DNA of 64,000 nt from Macrostomum hystrix (taxonomy: Eukaryota > Animalia > Platyhelminthes): contig CATNEN010000041.1 of the NCBI GenBank assembly GCA_950097015.1, forward strand, positions 1,674,001-1,738,000, read 5' to 3'. A model generated the notes under the pieces. It was not told where the DNA came from. It made no database searches and worked only from the letters and a program-made list of their open reading frames with translations. Of this stretch, positions 23,681 to 37,172 are shown piece after piece (the stretch's first letter is position 1; every line of letters starts with the position of its first letter). A program made the position numbers and the translations under genes.

Positions 23681-24864
23681 CGCGAGGTGAGCACGGACAG
23701 CCGCCAAATCGCGGCCAGCAACTCTAGCGGATGCCCTGATAATGCTGCTCAGATTTCAATGGCGCTGATATAACCCAAACAGCTTGTTGGGTTCAGTGAA
23801 CTGCTCGCTTTTCGGGTCTTTGCTGTTTGTAGCGACTAGCTCTATGACGACCCCGGCGCAGCGTACTGCAGGAATTCATGTACATTCGCCCTGTACACGT
23901 CAGCATTCACTACTTTTCAGTTTCCTTCTCTTCTCCACCTTTTTCTCTCCTCAGCGCACATCAAGATAGCTTGTAGAGCGTACAGTTGGTTGGTTGGTTG
24001 TACAACAGCCAAGTGAAGTGCACTAAAAATAGAATGAGAACGCGGACTGCAGATCACTAGGGCGGTGCGGCCCAATTTTCATTCTGTGTGTAGGCTTTAA
24101 TTACCGTTGAAAAGCCGGAATAATCCCAGCTTCTGCAGTTTCCAGTTTCATCCTCGAACTGAGATCAATCAACTCCACAGTGAGTCTGCACCAATTATAG
24201 TGCCAAACGTTTTCCCTAGACGTATAAATTAGACACTCAATTACTCGTAGCTTAGCTTCTACTATAAGCAGGAGTGGAAGTAAATGAAGCACGCGTCTGG
24301 TCTAACTTGCTCTCTCTCTTTCTGTGAAATATCTCGGTTGGCACCAAATCCTGGTAAAGCTTAGTATCCTAGTACCCATCGATCTTATATTCTCTGGCAA
24401 GTAGCCCATATCACTTACAGAGTAACATCAGATCTATGGGTATACGAGCGTAGTACGTTCAAAAAGCTCCGGGTGTCAAAATATGCTACATAAATCAATA
24501 GTACTATCAAAGTATAAGATGACCATGCTGGTAGCCTTTAAAATTCAGTTTCATGCAACTTTTATTTCGATTAACTCAGAATTCAGTGGCACTGAGAGCG
24601 TAGCAATCAAGCATAGTATCCAGAGAAAAGCAGGTTTTTGACAGGCCAAAAGGATTCAAGTATTTGTTTATTTATTGCCATGGGTTTGTTCTAAATGAAC
24701 AATGAACGACGTTTCTTCACGTTAAAGCGACGAAATTCTAGTAAACCCTTGGTCTAAAGATTGTAGACTCTGATTTCTATACTAGTCTAACTCTGATTTC
24801 GGCCAGACTGTGACCAGTTACGCAGGTGGGGGAAGGGACTCAGGGTCAGCTCATCGCTACCGTT

Positions 24865-25533
24865 TCAAGAAGGCGTGTTCGGCCGGGTGAGCACGTAGGC
24901 AGCCAGCCTGGGGCAGGTGGCCAGCAGCATTTCGCTGTGCGCTCGCAAGTCGGGCAGCAACAGCAGCCGATTGGCAGCTCCCAACAGTTCAGCATGCTGC
25001 TCCGACGTCAGGTTGAATAGCGGCAGACGGGCCACCGCGTCAGTGGCCTTGAAGATGGCCAGGTCGCCCAGAGAGACGCCGTTCGGGGTCACCAGCTTGC
25101 CTCCCGGCACGAGCCGCGCCAGGCCGGCAGCCAGCTGGCCGCATCGTACGCTGATGTCCGCCTCCCAGAGCTGCATCCGCTGGTCCTCAGGAGTCCGGTA
25201 GATGCGCAGCAGCTCGAGCTCAAGATCCTCCGCTTGCTGTACCGCCTGGTCTATGAGAAACTGTTCCCATGCGTCATCCTGGTTTCCATAGAGACCACCG
25301 AGTCGAGCAAAGTAGCGTGCAATGGCCAGGCTCTGAGTGAGGGTTCGTCCGTCGGGCAACTGCACGAACGGGCAGCGGGCGTTGGGCGACAAGCTGCGGT
25401 ATGTCTCGGCCCACTGCCGCCTGGTGAAGCGGACGTCGTCGAACTCGATGTCGGCAGCGACTAAGACGAGCCTGCAGAGCTCGCCGCGACCTCTGAAGTC
25501 GAAGTAGAACATTGTGGGACGCTCTGGAGCCAT
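24865..25533 (-). CDS. Glutathione S-transferase (sigma-like), intronless, 222 aa
   Basis: YFDFRGRGELCRLVL, CPFVQLPDGRTLTQSLAIARY, GVSLGDLAIF; ATG at 25533 preferred over the longer ORF start. Confidence 0.9.
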   Translation of the reverse strand: MAPERPTMFYFDFRGRGELCRLVLVAADIEFDDVRFTRRQWAETYRSLSPNARCPFVQLPDGRTLTQSLAIARYFARLGGLYGNQDDAWEQFLIDQAVQQAEDLELELLRIYRTPEDQRMQLWEADISVRCGQLAAGLARLVPGGKLVTPNGVSLGDLAIFKATDAVARLPLFNLTSEQHAELLGAANRLLLLPDLRAHSEMLLATCPRLAAYVLTRPNTPS

Positions 25534-26905
25534 CGCTACGCTTGGATTGAATTTTAGTTGTGCAGAAATAGGTACTAAATAGCACGGCTTGCTGTATGTA
25601 GCCTCTCGCGCCACGCGCTCGCACAGCAGCCACTACGAGCAATTTGTATCTGAGCCTGAGCATGTTAGCTCAAGAATGGACTTATTAAAGACAAATGAGA
25701 AGGCTTGGGGCTCTCGCTAATGCGCAGTGGCCTCGAGTTTTGTGATTAATTAACAGAGCTGCGCAGCAGTCCGGTGCCGATTTGCGCTGTCGGTGTCTGC
25801 GTGCAGCAACGCATGCCCAGCCTTGTCAATGGACAATTGAGTGCCCAAAGAGGGGTTTGTGGGGCTGAAGGGACCCGCATTGTCATAGAAGAAACACATT
25901 TTTCATTTTCTGACCGGCTAAATTTCATTTCAAAGTTGCTGTCCTCTGTCAGAAAAATACACTGTAGTGTTAAGGTCGAAACGCGTGGGCAGCTCACAGA
26001 AGCAGCTCAGGGCAGCTCGTTACTACTTTGAACTCTTTGAAGTCAGTTTCGATAAAAAACTTCTTTCTGATAATAAATTTAGCAGCCAGCTGCGCCATTA
26101 ACAGTAGAAAGAGCACGGCAGGTATTTTAAACACCCACTGTTTTCTTCTGTACCTCCAAAATTGATAAAGCAATCGCCATGACAATCCGGAAACAACTTC
26201 CAGAATAATAAAACATCGTCGAGCTATTCAACTATTGTCGTCGGTGGTGTCTTGTGGCGAAAAAACCACCAATATGGTCATAAAATTTTCTTCTCACCAA
26301 ATTTCATCAGGCAACCACGTCAGCTATTATTTTAAACATTTTTTTGATTCTATTGCTAATTTTCTATTATTTAATTTGAAACCAATATGGATTCGCCTCA
26401 GAGGTTTATACAGAAAAATGTTCGTTGTCTTTGTCACCAGGGTCTTCGACGAGAAAAATATCGAAAATGCTGACGTCGGCTGGCTTCGAAAGTTAACTGA
26501 TCTTAAATGGCGGAAGATTTTCATACATTTGGTGGACTTTCACGAAAATCGGTCCTTCGGTTTGGGAGCTGTCGTGAAGTAGGCAGTGGGATTTGAAATA
26601 GCCTGTGGTCTTTCCCCAGGGAAAAATAGTTTAAGTCAAACAAAAGTTATCGAATGTAGCTAATAGACGACTCCGTAAGTACAGCTTCCAAATACTTTTT
26701 CTACTTGAAATATTCAATGCCACTATGTTCTAATTGTCTCTGGAAATAACTACAAAACATTTTTTGCTCTCTAATGAAAGTTTCTCACAAAATATTTTCC
26801 ATATTTTGCACCTTTTTGTTGATTAGACCTTCAATCTTAATTCAGCAACCGCCCCACTGAGATCTCTCCCAATAAATCCTCATGGTTCCTTCGAACCGCA
26901 AAACG

Positions 26906-28877
26906 TTAGAGCAACCGCTTGTGAACCTCGGATGCCGCTCGCAGGCCGCTCTGCACGGCGCCGTCCATGAAGCCGCACCACTCGGTGGCGGTCTCGGTGC
27001 CGGCGAAGTGAACCCGGTTGAACGGGGCGCGCATGTTCGGCCCCATGAGGTGGGCGGAGCCGGCGCTGACAATGTTGACTGGGCAGCCGCCGTTATAGGG
27101 CTCGTGCCGCCAGTTCTTTTCGGCGAAGTCCAGGCAGGCGTGGACGCGCTCTTTGGGGAAAAATCGGCTGATGTGGTTCAGCACAGCTGAGCGCCGCTGC
27201 TCAGGGCTCAGGGCATCCAGCTCCTGGGGTATCGAGTGGGTCAAAGGGATGCCGATTTGATTTGATGGCTCAAAAGCAATCAGACAGGAAAGACAGTACA
27301 GCGCACCTGAGCCTGCAGGCCGCCGGACAGCACCACCAGCGCCGGGTGGCGGCCATCCTCCTGCGAGTAATCGAAGCAGACGGAGATGGGTGCCATGGTG
27401 AGGCCGGGCGCGGTGGGCGGCCCTTCGGAAGACACGATTTCGCCCGAGTAGCCCAGATCGCGCCAGAAGGCCGTCTCGTAGGTAATGATGAACTTAAAGA
27501 TGTGGCCCACGGGAGAGCACCTGACCAGGTGAATATTTGCCGCTTCACTGTGACTACATTAATGCGTTTACTTACAAGCAAGGCATCGTGCATAGCCATA
27601 GAAACCGTCCATGTTTCTACTCGTGGCCCAGAAACCAATGCGTGGGTAAACTCGAGTTTTATACATTGTGTCTGTTTTCGCCACGTCTGAAAGTCCGCTG
27701 CTCACCTGTACAGGTCCACCTTGCGAGCCGGAAGCGGCGGCTGCCACTCGAGCTGGGCCAGCAGATGCGGCGGAGCTGTCGACACGACGTAGCGCGCCGT
27801 CAGCGGCTCCGAACGCCCGACAATCTCCAGGCAGACGTGGTCATCTAGCTGACGGATGGCAGCCACCGGGGCGGACAGCAGTACTCGGTCGGGACCGAGC
27901 CGCTCTGCCAGGCGCTGGGAGACCTGGTGCGCGCCGCCTTTCATTCGGAAGCCCTGGCCGGACTGGGCGTCGCTAGCAACCAGAGCCTGCGGCAATTGCG
28001 TTTTATGCATTGGGGTAATTGCGTATTGCTGCTGAGATGGCATGATTTGGGAAGCCTTTAAAGCAAATAACTCAATACATTCTACTTGCAAGGTCATACA
28101 TTCTAATAGACTTAAATGAGGCACCCTGAGTGCTGCAAGGAATAATACGGAATTTACCTGGAATCCCCCGGCAGCCCTGGCATAGGCGAGCATGTAGAGA
28201 GCGGACATCTGGCCCAGGTCGGCGCCCCAGATGGTGCGGGCAGCAGCCTGCACCAGGCATTTGGTGGCGTGGCTCCAAGACAGGCCGTTGAGCAGGGCCT
28301 GGCCGGTTACATTGTCCAGCTGCGCGGCGTTGCGGCAGGCTCCGGGATTGGAGGCGTCCACTGTCCGGACCCGGCGCTCCACCTGGACCAGCACCTTGCC
28401 CATGTCCAGCAGACCTAGCAACCCGATGTAAGGGATCTCGCCGTTGTACTGAGCCACCTTGGCGCCCATCTCTGCGCACTTCCGACCGGCGAGGTACTGC
28501 GGGTACTGCTCGATCTGAAGGTCGCGCATCAGTTTCGTGATGTACCGCTGGCTGGGCCCGATCCACATGCCGCCCAGATCGAAGTCGGCCTCTTCGCTGC
28601 CGGCGGTGCGCATGCGGTGGCCCAGGGTGCGGCCGCCCACCCGGTCCTTCGCCTCCAGCACCGCCACGCGACAAGCGGGATTCTGATTCAGCAGTTCATA
28701 GGCTGCAACCAGTCCGCTGATGCCCCCTCCGATCACCAGGACATCATAGTCTGTCCGTTTCGGTAGTGCGTCCTGAGGCTTGGTGCTGTCATGAGGCTGA
28801 GTGTCCTGAGACTGGGTGTCCTGAGGCTGGGAGACCTGAGGCTGCTCCTGCGGATCCTCATTCGATCCACCTTCCAT
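26906..28877 (-). CDS. Flavin-containing monoamine-oxidase-like protein, 4 coding exons
   Basis: VIGGGISGL..LEAKDRVGGRT, DLGGMWIG, EPYNGGCP, FAGTETA..GFMDGAVQSG; exons 28877-28158, 27986-27706, 27520-27307, 27223-26906 with GT-AG sites in compatible phase. Confidence 0.88.
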
Positions 28878-30425
28878 GAAGGCTGACTGCATGCTGGAAG
28901 TCTGCACGGGCGAAGGCAATTGCTGGTGAAGTGAAAGCTAAGCAAAACAAAATACTTTCTCGACTTGAAAAAATGCGAAAGTGGCAACGGCAAGGACAGA
29001 AGAAAACACCGGTTCTAACTCAAGCGAGATAGCAAGTAAGAGAAACGCTCCCCAGTGTCTGTACTCAGTTCGAGTCTCTGAACTCGGCACAGCAGGTGAT
29101 AAGACTGGAGCGTGGCATTCCACCGACCCCAACAGATAAGTTAGGAAGCAGCTCGCGTTCACAGAGATGAGCAAGCTATTGATAGTAGTGACTGCAGCTT
29201 TTTATTCCTCAACAAGCTTCGCAAAGAAATCATAAGTTGATAAAAAATCAAGAGTGAAACTTGTTTTTACACTTAACAGCCTATCGCGGGCTGCAATCGG
29301 GCAATAAAAAACTGACATCAGACAGTCCATTGAAAACGTATGCATAAAGTTAGAATACAGCTAATTCAGGTCACGCAGTTTTTAACAAACAATTAAAATT
29401 AGCAGCAGACAAGGGAATAAAGAGGTTCTTTAATTGTTGTTTATAGGCATTAATACTATGTTCTTCCTTCCCAGAAAAAAATAATTTGGCCTTTACTTTT
29501 ATAGCAGAAGAACTAAAATATTTTTTGTATTTTTGCAAAACTAGAATCCGACTTGTCGAGATAACGTTGTTTAAACATACAGAAAACTATAAATCATGCA
29601 ATATATACAAATATATATTTACATATGATAAATCATTAAAGATAAAAAAATCGGGTCTGCTAGGCAAAACTAGTAGTGAAAATCCAACAATACCCTATAA
29701 TCATCACTCTCATTCTAATAGATATTGGGTTTTATATTTCATATTTAGTCGAAACTATTTCCTAGAAAATAGTCATTTAAAACGATCGCTGCTTGTTAAA
29801 ATTCAAATGAAAATAAAAAAATGCGAAAACAGTAATATGTATATGAAACTTTAAAATCAATTCAGCAAAAACTGAATTTTAATTTTTATACTTTAGTTAG
29901 CCCAAAGAATGTTAAACCTACTTTGTGTGCTTTTCTTACGTATTATTTCATCGTACTGCTCTCATATAGCAAAAAAGTCTGTCATCAGAGCATGTTAACT
30001 GCCAATCCTACCAGAAAAAAATAACTGTCAGAAACTTTGTCCTGATCTAATTAAAAAAGGTACTATAAAAATCGATGGCAAACATCTACATGACAGGAGC
30101 TACTAACAAAACAGTAACAAAAATTTACCTGGAACAAATATGACATGTTCAAAGTTCACAGGTCAGAATAATGAAGGGATCATTGTCTGGCAGGGAATTT
30201 TTAGCCAATAAAAAAGATTGTGACAGACTCCCAAAAATATTTTCAGCTACATAGCTGGTAGTTGAAGTTTTTACATAAAAAATCCAATCCGCCGCAAAAG
30301 AGCAAGCTAAGGAAGGTGACGTAATTGGCCCACCAAACATCAACGGCATGTTGAAACAAGTTGCACGCTCCAATCAAAACCAAACAGAAAGTCCTAAATA
30401 TACTCGAACAAACATGCAAAATACT

Positions 30426-31979
30426 TTAATGCCTCTGTGTGAAGGCGATCTTGTGCAATGGAGGAGCCCTCAAAATAGTCCCCTTAGAGAACTCGGGGTC
30501 CTCGGTAAGGTTCCACAATGTCCTGCTGTCCTCGGGGTCCAGTTCGAAGCGGTAGCGCTGCATCAGAGCCGTGAAGAAGATAAACAGCTCCATCTTGGCC
30601 AGGCTCTCGCCCAGGCAGGCCCTCTTACCCAGACCGAAGGTCGCCAGGTGCGGACACGCAGTGAACTGCCCGTCCTTCAGGTGTCGCTCTGGAAGAAAGC
30701 GCTGCGGCTCCGGAAACAACTCGGGATCGTGGTGGATGGAGTATACATTGAAGCCACAGATGCTGTCTGCCTTCAGACGGACTCCGCCGACTGTGATGTC
30801 ATCAGTGACGCGGTGGAACACTCCAAGCGGAACGAGGCACGACTTGCGGTGCACCTCCTCGATGACGGCCTGAGTATAGTGCAGGCTCGCCTTGTCCTGC
30901 ATCTTGGGCAGTCTGTCACGACCGATCAGATCGACGATCTCTCTGTGAGTCCTGTCAGCGACCTCCGGATTTCCGATCATGAAGAGAATGGCCCAACGCA
31001 GCGTGTTGGCTGTCGTGTCAGTGCCAGCAACAAACAGGTCACTGACAGCTAGTGTAAGCCGCGTATCGGTAAATATTTCAGGATGTTTGCGTTGGTGCAG
31101 CAGGTGCGCTTCTATGTAATCTCTGGCCTGATCGACCTTGTCCATCTCGGCCATGTGGCGGTCGAGCTGCTCTGTGCAGTAGAATTGAAGCTTTTTGAAG
31201 TTATTCACTAATCTATTAGAGCTGGGCAACTTCAGAAGGAGGTTCATGAGAGGGGGGAGTCCTTGTACCACTGGCATTACCGTCATGAACAGGCTGCGAG
31301 TGAAGTTTGAACTTGAGTTTTGGGTGATGTTGCGGAACAGGTTCAGCATTTCTCCGAATTTTTCGTCCTCAGAAGCGAGACGAGAGCCGAACACGAGCTG
31401 GCAGATCGCGTTGCTGGTTGCGGTGCTCATGACCAGCAGAGTTTCAACAGGCTTCCCTTCAGCAGCATCCAGAGTTCTGCACATGTGCTCAGCCTCGGTC
31501 GCTATGATCTCCTCGGCTCCCTGGCGCCCAAATCCGAAGTCACGAAGAGTTTTCAACGTAAAGCGTCGGTATTCTCTCCAAACTTCGCCTTCGGAAAGTA
31601 CAATACCTCCTTTCTCACCAACCAATTGAAGCAACAGATACTGGGGTTGTCTGCCAATCAGCTGTTCCGCATTGTCCACCATCGCCTCCTTGAATGCCGA
31701 CCAGCGGTTGAAGAAGTACACGCATTGTGTACCGAAGTGCACTCTCACGATCTGCTCCTTGCCGAACTTCTCGTGCAGAGACAGGTAGAGCGGCTCGTCC
31801 AGGTGGAAGTAGCTTCCAACCAGGGGGTAGCGACCGACCGAGGGTGGCTCGCGAGCGTCCTCCAGTTTTTGCTTGAGCCAGAGCAGACCGAGAGTGGCCG
31901 TGCCACCTGCGAGAGCCAGGGTCGTTACTGAGACCATAATTGTGCTTGGATAGACAGATATTTCTTGTGCGCTAGTCAT
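30426..31979 (-). CDS. Cytochrome P450, CYP2 clan, intronless, 517 aa
   Basis: WREYRRF, LRDFGFG, AGTDTT, EEVHR (ExxR), FLPERHL, FGLGKRACLG heme motif. Confidence 0.95.
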   Translation of the reverse strand: MTSAQEISVYPSTIMVSVTTLALAGGTATLGLLWLKQKLEDAREPPSVGRYPLVGSYFHLDEPLYLSLHEKFGKEQIVRVHFGTQCVYFFNRWSAFKEAMVDNAEQLIGRQPQYLLLQLVGEKGGIVLSEGEVWREYRRFTLKTLRDFGFGRQGAEEIIATEAEHMCRTLDAAEGKPVETLLVMSTATSNAICQLVFGSRLASEDEKFGEMLNLFRNITQNSSSNFTRSLFMTVMPVVQGLPPLMNLLLKLPSSNRLVNNFKKLQFYCTEQLDRHMAEMDKVDQARDYIEAHLLHQRKHPEIFTDTRLTLAVSDLFVAGTDTTANTLRWAILFMIGNPEVADRTHREIVDLIGRDRLPKMQDKASLHYTQAVIEEVHRKSCLVPLGVFHRVTDDITVGGVRLKADSICGFNVYSIHHDPELFPEPQRFLPERHLKDGQFTACPHLATFGLGKRACLGESLAKMELFIFFTALMQRYRFELDPEDSRTLWNLTEDPEFSKGTILRAPPLHKIAFTQRH

Positions 31980-32695
31980 GAGAGCTAGAATATAGTAGCG
32001 TCGGCACGCTATTTATACACTACTAAGGTGAATTCAATGACAATGAAAAATTCACCCTTCGCACCTTGAGTGCCTGTCCGAGCTGGTTTTTTGTTTCGCT
32101 GAATGTCAAACAGTTGAAAGTGCCTTGTTTCTGCTCTATTTTCAACCCCACTTCCAGCGGCATTGAGGTGAAACTTCATTTCAAGTGCTGCTTGCAAAGC
32201 ACAAAATACTCGTAGAAAAACAAGAAAGCCATTTTAAGTGTTTTAGGTTAATATCGGATATTTCCTGCATTGCTTTCTTGTCATAATCCACTACGCAAAA
32301 AATGTAAAACTGAATATATCTGAAACCATGCTTACACTATCACATTAGCGAAAAATGAGAATCTGGCAGTTTACAAAGCCAATATTACCGCAAAAAACTA
32401 TGAATATTGATCAATTGAAAAAATAAATTTTGTGTCAGTTTGTTTAAAAAAACTAAATAAAAGCAGTCTAAGCTGATGCAAGAGGCTAGTATTGAATCCA
32501 CACTAAACACTTCTTAACGCTTCGTCAGCAAAGACGAACAATTTCGTTGATTGCTGCTGGAATGAAGGGCTCGCACATTCCTTTGACGACTGTCAACATA
32601 ATGCCACGGTGGGAAAAAATTCTGTGTTGTGGCGAGGCCATAAAACTGTTCCCTAAAACTGTTCCATAAAATAATTCGGGGTCCACGGTGAGGTT

Positions 32696-33840
32696 TCACA
32701 ATGTCCTGCTGTCCTCGGGGTCCAGTTCGAAGCGGTAGCGCTGCATCAGAGCCGTGAAGAAGATAAACAGCTCCATCTTGGCCAGGCTCTCGCCCAGGCA
32801 GGCCCTCTTACCCAGACCGAAGGTCGCCAGGTGCGGACACGCAGTGAACTGCCCGTCCTTCAGGTGTCGCTCTGGAAGAAAGCGCTGCGGCTCCGGAAAC
32901 AACTCGGGATCGTGGTGGATGGAGTACACATTGAAGCCACAGATGCTGTCTGCCTTCAGACGGACTCCGCCGACTGTGATGTCATCAGTGACGCGGTGGA
33001 ACACTCCAAGCGGAACGAGGCACGACTTGCACCTCCTCGATGACGGCCTGAGCAGGCCTTGTCCTGCATCTTGGGCAGTCGGTCACGACCGATCACATCG
33101 ACGATCTCTCTGTGAGTCCTGTCAGCGACCTCCGGATTTCCGATCATGAAGAGAATGGCCCAACGCAGCGTGTTGGCTGCCGCTCAAATTTTGCAAGAAG
33201 GTCTCTAATTATCGGAGAATGGTCATTATCTTGAACAAACTAGGTATTCGGTCAACCAGGGGCAGTATCGACATAAAGATACTTCGTGTCGCACTGTACC
33301 GGAGTCTTACGTAATGCTTCGGAACAGTTGGATGATTTCGCCGATTTTTTTTATCTGATGCTAGTCGCGAGCCGAATAAGAGCTGGCAGATCACTTGTGG
33401 TTCTCATGACTAAGCTTGTCTCTAGCGGCTCCAAACGCAGCATCGAGTGTGCTTCGCATGTGCTCAGCTTCGATGGCTATGATCTCTTCAGCTCCCAGAC
33501 GTCCGAATCCGAAGTGGCGCAGGGTCTTCAATATGAAGCGGCGGCACTCTCGCCGTACTTTGCCGTCTCTCGAAGCGATTCTCTGAATATTTTCGCTAAT
33601 AGATTCTGCCGCTATTTATCGCTAATGAATGCCGACCAGCGGTTGAAGAACCGTGCAGAGACTTCTCGTGCAGAGACAGGTAGAGCGGCTCGTCCAGGTG
33701 GAAGTATAGCTTTCAAACAGTGAGCAGCGACCGACCGAGGGCGGCTCGTGCGTGCCCTCCAGTTTTTGCTTGAGCCAGAGCAGACCGTGTACCGAAGTGG
33801 CCGCGCCACCCACGAGAGCCAGGGTCGTTACTGAGGTCAG
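32696..33840 (-). pseudogene. Cytochrome P450 pseudogene (rearranged/deleted paralog)
   Basis: 32696-33175 nearly identical to the 3' part of 30426-31979 but with small deletions; 5' part frameshifted; I-helix region largely missing. Confidence 0.88.
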
Positions 33841-35890
33841 TCAGCGTTTTTGAAAAAAATTTGAGACTTGAGTAAAAGCTGAGTTCGGAAGGTTTCGCTT
33901 TTGCTGCCAGATGCGATGCCTTCGTGCCTATGTATAGACGCATAAATAAATAGACGCTCGAGACAGCTTGTGGCCGCAGGTCAAGCTGGTTTTGGTCAGC
34001 ACGCCTGCCTGGAGCTACTCAAATCTTCCATGAAATGAGAGATCTTTCGTCTGCTTTCACTTCATGTGAACGTATGTAGAGAGTAGTAAAATATGCAATT
34101 TGCTTAACGTGCTACTTAAAGTAATATCACAAGGATACCTTAGCTATAACGTTTAATCTATTTTTTAGGAATGAGTCATGCGCTATTTTTAGAAACAAAG
34201 TCATGTGACATGAAACCGGAGAACCGGTTCTCGACAGCTGTATTTGCTTGAATTCCAACTATGGTAAAACAAACAATTATGACTCATCGGTTTCTGCAGC
34301 TGTATTTACACAATATTCCAAATATGGTAGAACTCACAATCATGAATCACTAAACAAATATGTATGACCTAAGTAAACACCCGCTAGTAGAACCGGTTTC
34401 CCCCAGAATGTTACTATAAATACAAACGAAAATCCGAGCTGATAATTCAGACTCGGAGCGGTGCAGCGGATTTTGAGGAAGTTCAAAGAAGAAGAAGAGG
34501 ACTCATCTCTGAGGGAAAGACAAATGGTAAGCGCTTTCCTAGACAGAGTTATTTATTGCTAGCAATCGTTGCTTAATTGAACTAAGTTTACGAGAGTCAC
34601 ATGTCGTCGACGTCGATACATTTGAGAAAGGCCTCCTTGTTTCCTAGGATACATTCCTAGAGGATTATTGATTGGTTGATTTGAGTTATCCGTTATCTTT
34701 CGGAGGTAACGAAGAAGACGCCCTTCAGGAGGACCTATCAGAGAGACACAAGAAGAGAGATTTCGATTGTTCACTAGGGCGCACGTTCTATTGTTAATTC
34801 CGAGCTCGAGGACATTGTTAAGAATTCTGATTCGCTCTCGTCACCGGTTGACCTACAGATACGATTTAAGCACAGCCTAGAACAGCGGTCCGCTTTGCAA
34901 CTTTATACTTCCAAGGAGAAGAATAGAAGCTTCTCGTCAGAAGCCCACTACACAAGCGAAGAAGCGAAGACCCGGCCGGACAAAGGATAAATCGAGATTC
35001 GCGCGGAAGACATTAACCTCAGTAAGTGTCACGTGACTTTCGTAATTCCTAGGCAATTGTTTCCCATTGTCTAGAAGTGTGAGTTCCGTGTGTCTGATCA
35101 ACACCAAAACTCTTCACGTAGCGGTTTTGTAATTGAATGAATAGCAAGGCAGTATATTACGAGTATAGCAATTTCAACGTGACAGGCTTCATTTCACAAA
35201 ATGATTTCACAAAATTATCGACTAGTTTTTTGGAAAAAGCCCAGGCCGCTTCTGCAGACAAGCTGTCTGTTTGATTAAGACATTTCATTGAGTAAAGCGA
35301 CCTTTACAATTATAGATTGACAGTTTTCAAACGACAGTGAATGTGCGCATGCTATGTTTAGTGACCGGAAGGTTTGAATAAGGCATGCAATCGCACCGAC
35401 GTTACTGAAGCTCCTTGACAAACAGTAGAGCTTCTAGGAATGGGTCCCCACCTGCGGGCACATGTCTAAAGTTCGGATGACACAAGTTATCCAAAAAGCA
35501 TCAACACATCAAACGAATATTCTGAATACAAGCCTTGCTGTACCTGCGACAAAACTATTTTTGGGCTTGACGCAAATAATTGCAAACCACTTAACTTATC
35601 GAATAGCTGTAGGGTGACATAAAAAGTTCAGTCAAAAATGCAAGTTGCATCTTATCGACCAACGGAAGCTGAATTCCAATTATGTCATTCTATCCAAACA
35701 TTGGCCATGACTAACAAACTAACCGAATTGCAGTTGCAAAAACCTGGAACTGACGAAAACCCGAAATAGTTCTGACTTCGCGCTGCCATGTACGAGCTCG
35801 TATTTATAGATCTCCTGCTAAAAGCCAAATGCAATTCCTCCCGTGTTGAGAAAATACCGCACGAGAGTTACTAACGCAATACTGAAAGGC

Positions 35891-36515
35891 ATGAGCGAAA
35901 TCCCTTACAGTCAGGCAACTGGGATTGAGCTGAGTCTCAGCTGGAGACCGGATTCTTACGGTCACTATCCGGAAGGCGCCCTGAGTGCACACCCGAATCT
36001 GTACGTCATCAGGGCCAAGCACGAGAACGCCGAAAACACTTGGGTGCCAGGCAAACTGCAGGTTAATCCTGACTCGGGCCGCCCCTGCGCCTACATCTCC
36101 TACGAGGGCTATGCGATTGCAGTGGAGCACTATGAGGTTCTGGTTTGCTCCGGCATGGCTGATTTTGGCTGCGGCTACAGCTGGGTACCGGTGGAGGACG
36201 ACAAACTGCCGCCCAGAGCGCTTGTCGCAGGTGCTGACAAGAAAGGACTATTGTTCGTGGCTAGAGGCACGGTAATTAACCTGTGATCACTAACTGATTT
36301 ACTTATGAAAGCAGACTAATAGAAGGCGGATGAAGCTGGATTCTACTTCCAGTTTATGCTGCTTTACCATGAATGCCCCAACGAACCTGCAGAGTGCGGC
36401 CCTCCAAGGAGAAATCTGCGTTGGCAAGTACAGTCCGGGTCGAAAGGCGGCTCTCGTTCCTTCGGGCGGAAAGGAGCACAAGTTGGAAAAGTTCGATGTT
36501 CTGGCCTTCAAATGA
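35891..36515 (+). CDS. DM9-repeat (DUF3421) protein, 2 exons
   Basis: W..YGHYPEGAL, LYVIRAKH..WVPGKL..AYISYEG..YEVL; YSWVPV..LPPRALVAG..LFVARG | GEICVGKY..ALVPSGGKEH..FDVL; intron 36272-36392. Confidence 0.82.
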
Positions 36516-37172
36516 GCGCAGGGAATCAACGAGGCCATTCGAAAATTAGCTGGCTAACCTTTTCTGCAGCCGTCGGTTGAGTTTTGAGATGCGTTTAGTC
36601 TGCAATTTCCTGCAATTTCTGTTGCAATAAGCAATTTGCTTTCTTATTGATGCTCACTTTTCCGTCTTTTGTGTTTATACAAGTTTAACACCAGAACATA
36701 CTTAACTCAATAGTAATGGTATTCATGAATTTTCCCCAGGAAAATTGCACAATTACTTAATATAATTTTGAAAGCGAAAAGGATTGTCAACTGTTTGCAA
36801 CTGTCAATATTTTTAAAAATAAGCCGCCTTTAGCTTTTTCAGAGAGCACCCAGATTCGGCAAATATAAATAACAATACAAATAGTCCGATCGTACTGTTG
36901 GAGTCTTTGTTGTTAGCCTGCCTCAGGGCAGCTTGTGTTTATATATTTAATTGGGACAAAAATCTGTCAATCGATGATTAATTTGCAAAGAAAATATAAA
37001 AAAAATACGCTGCACGAATGAACTAGTCTTCTACTAGTTGCCTGCTTACAAGTGCATAAACTAATAAAGCGCAGAACATCAAAAGGTGGCCCTAAGAAGG
37101 TCCGTTTTTAACAAGTCACCAAGGTCAATAAAATTAACAGATCAGGTAGCAATCTGGCACCAGATCCCCGCA

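Noticed and set aside
34197-35040. 14-bp inverted repeats (AAAGTCAYGTGACA) bracketing ~840 bp as a MITE or solo LTR
   Set aside because: One mismatch, no TSD, and matches of this quality are expected by chance in a 64-kb window
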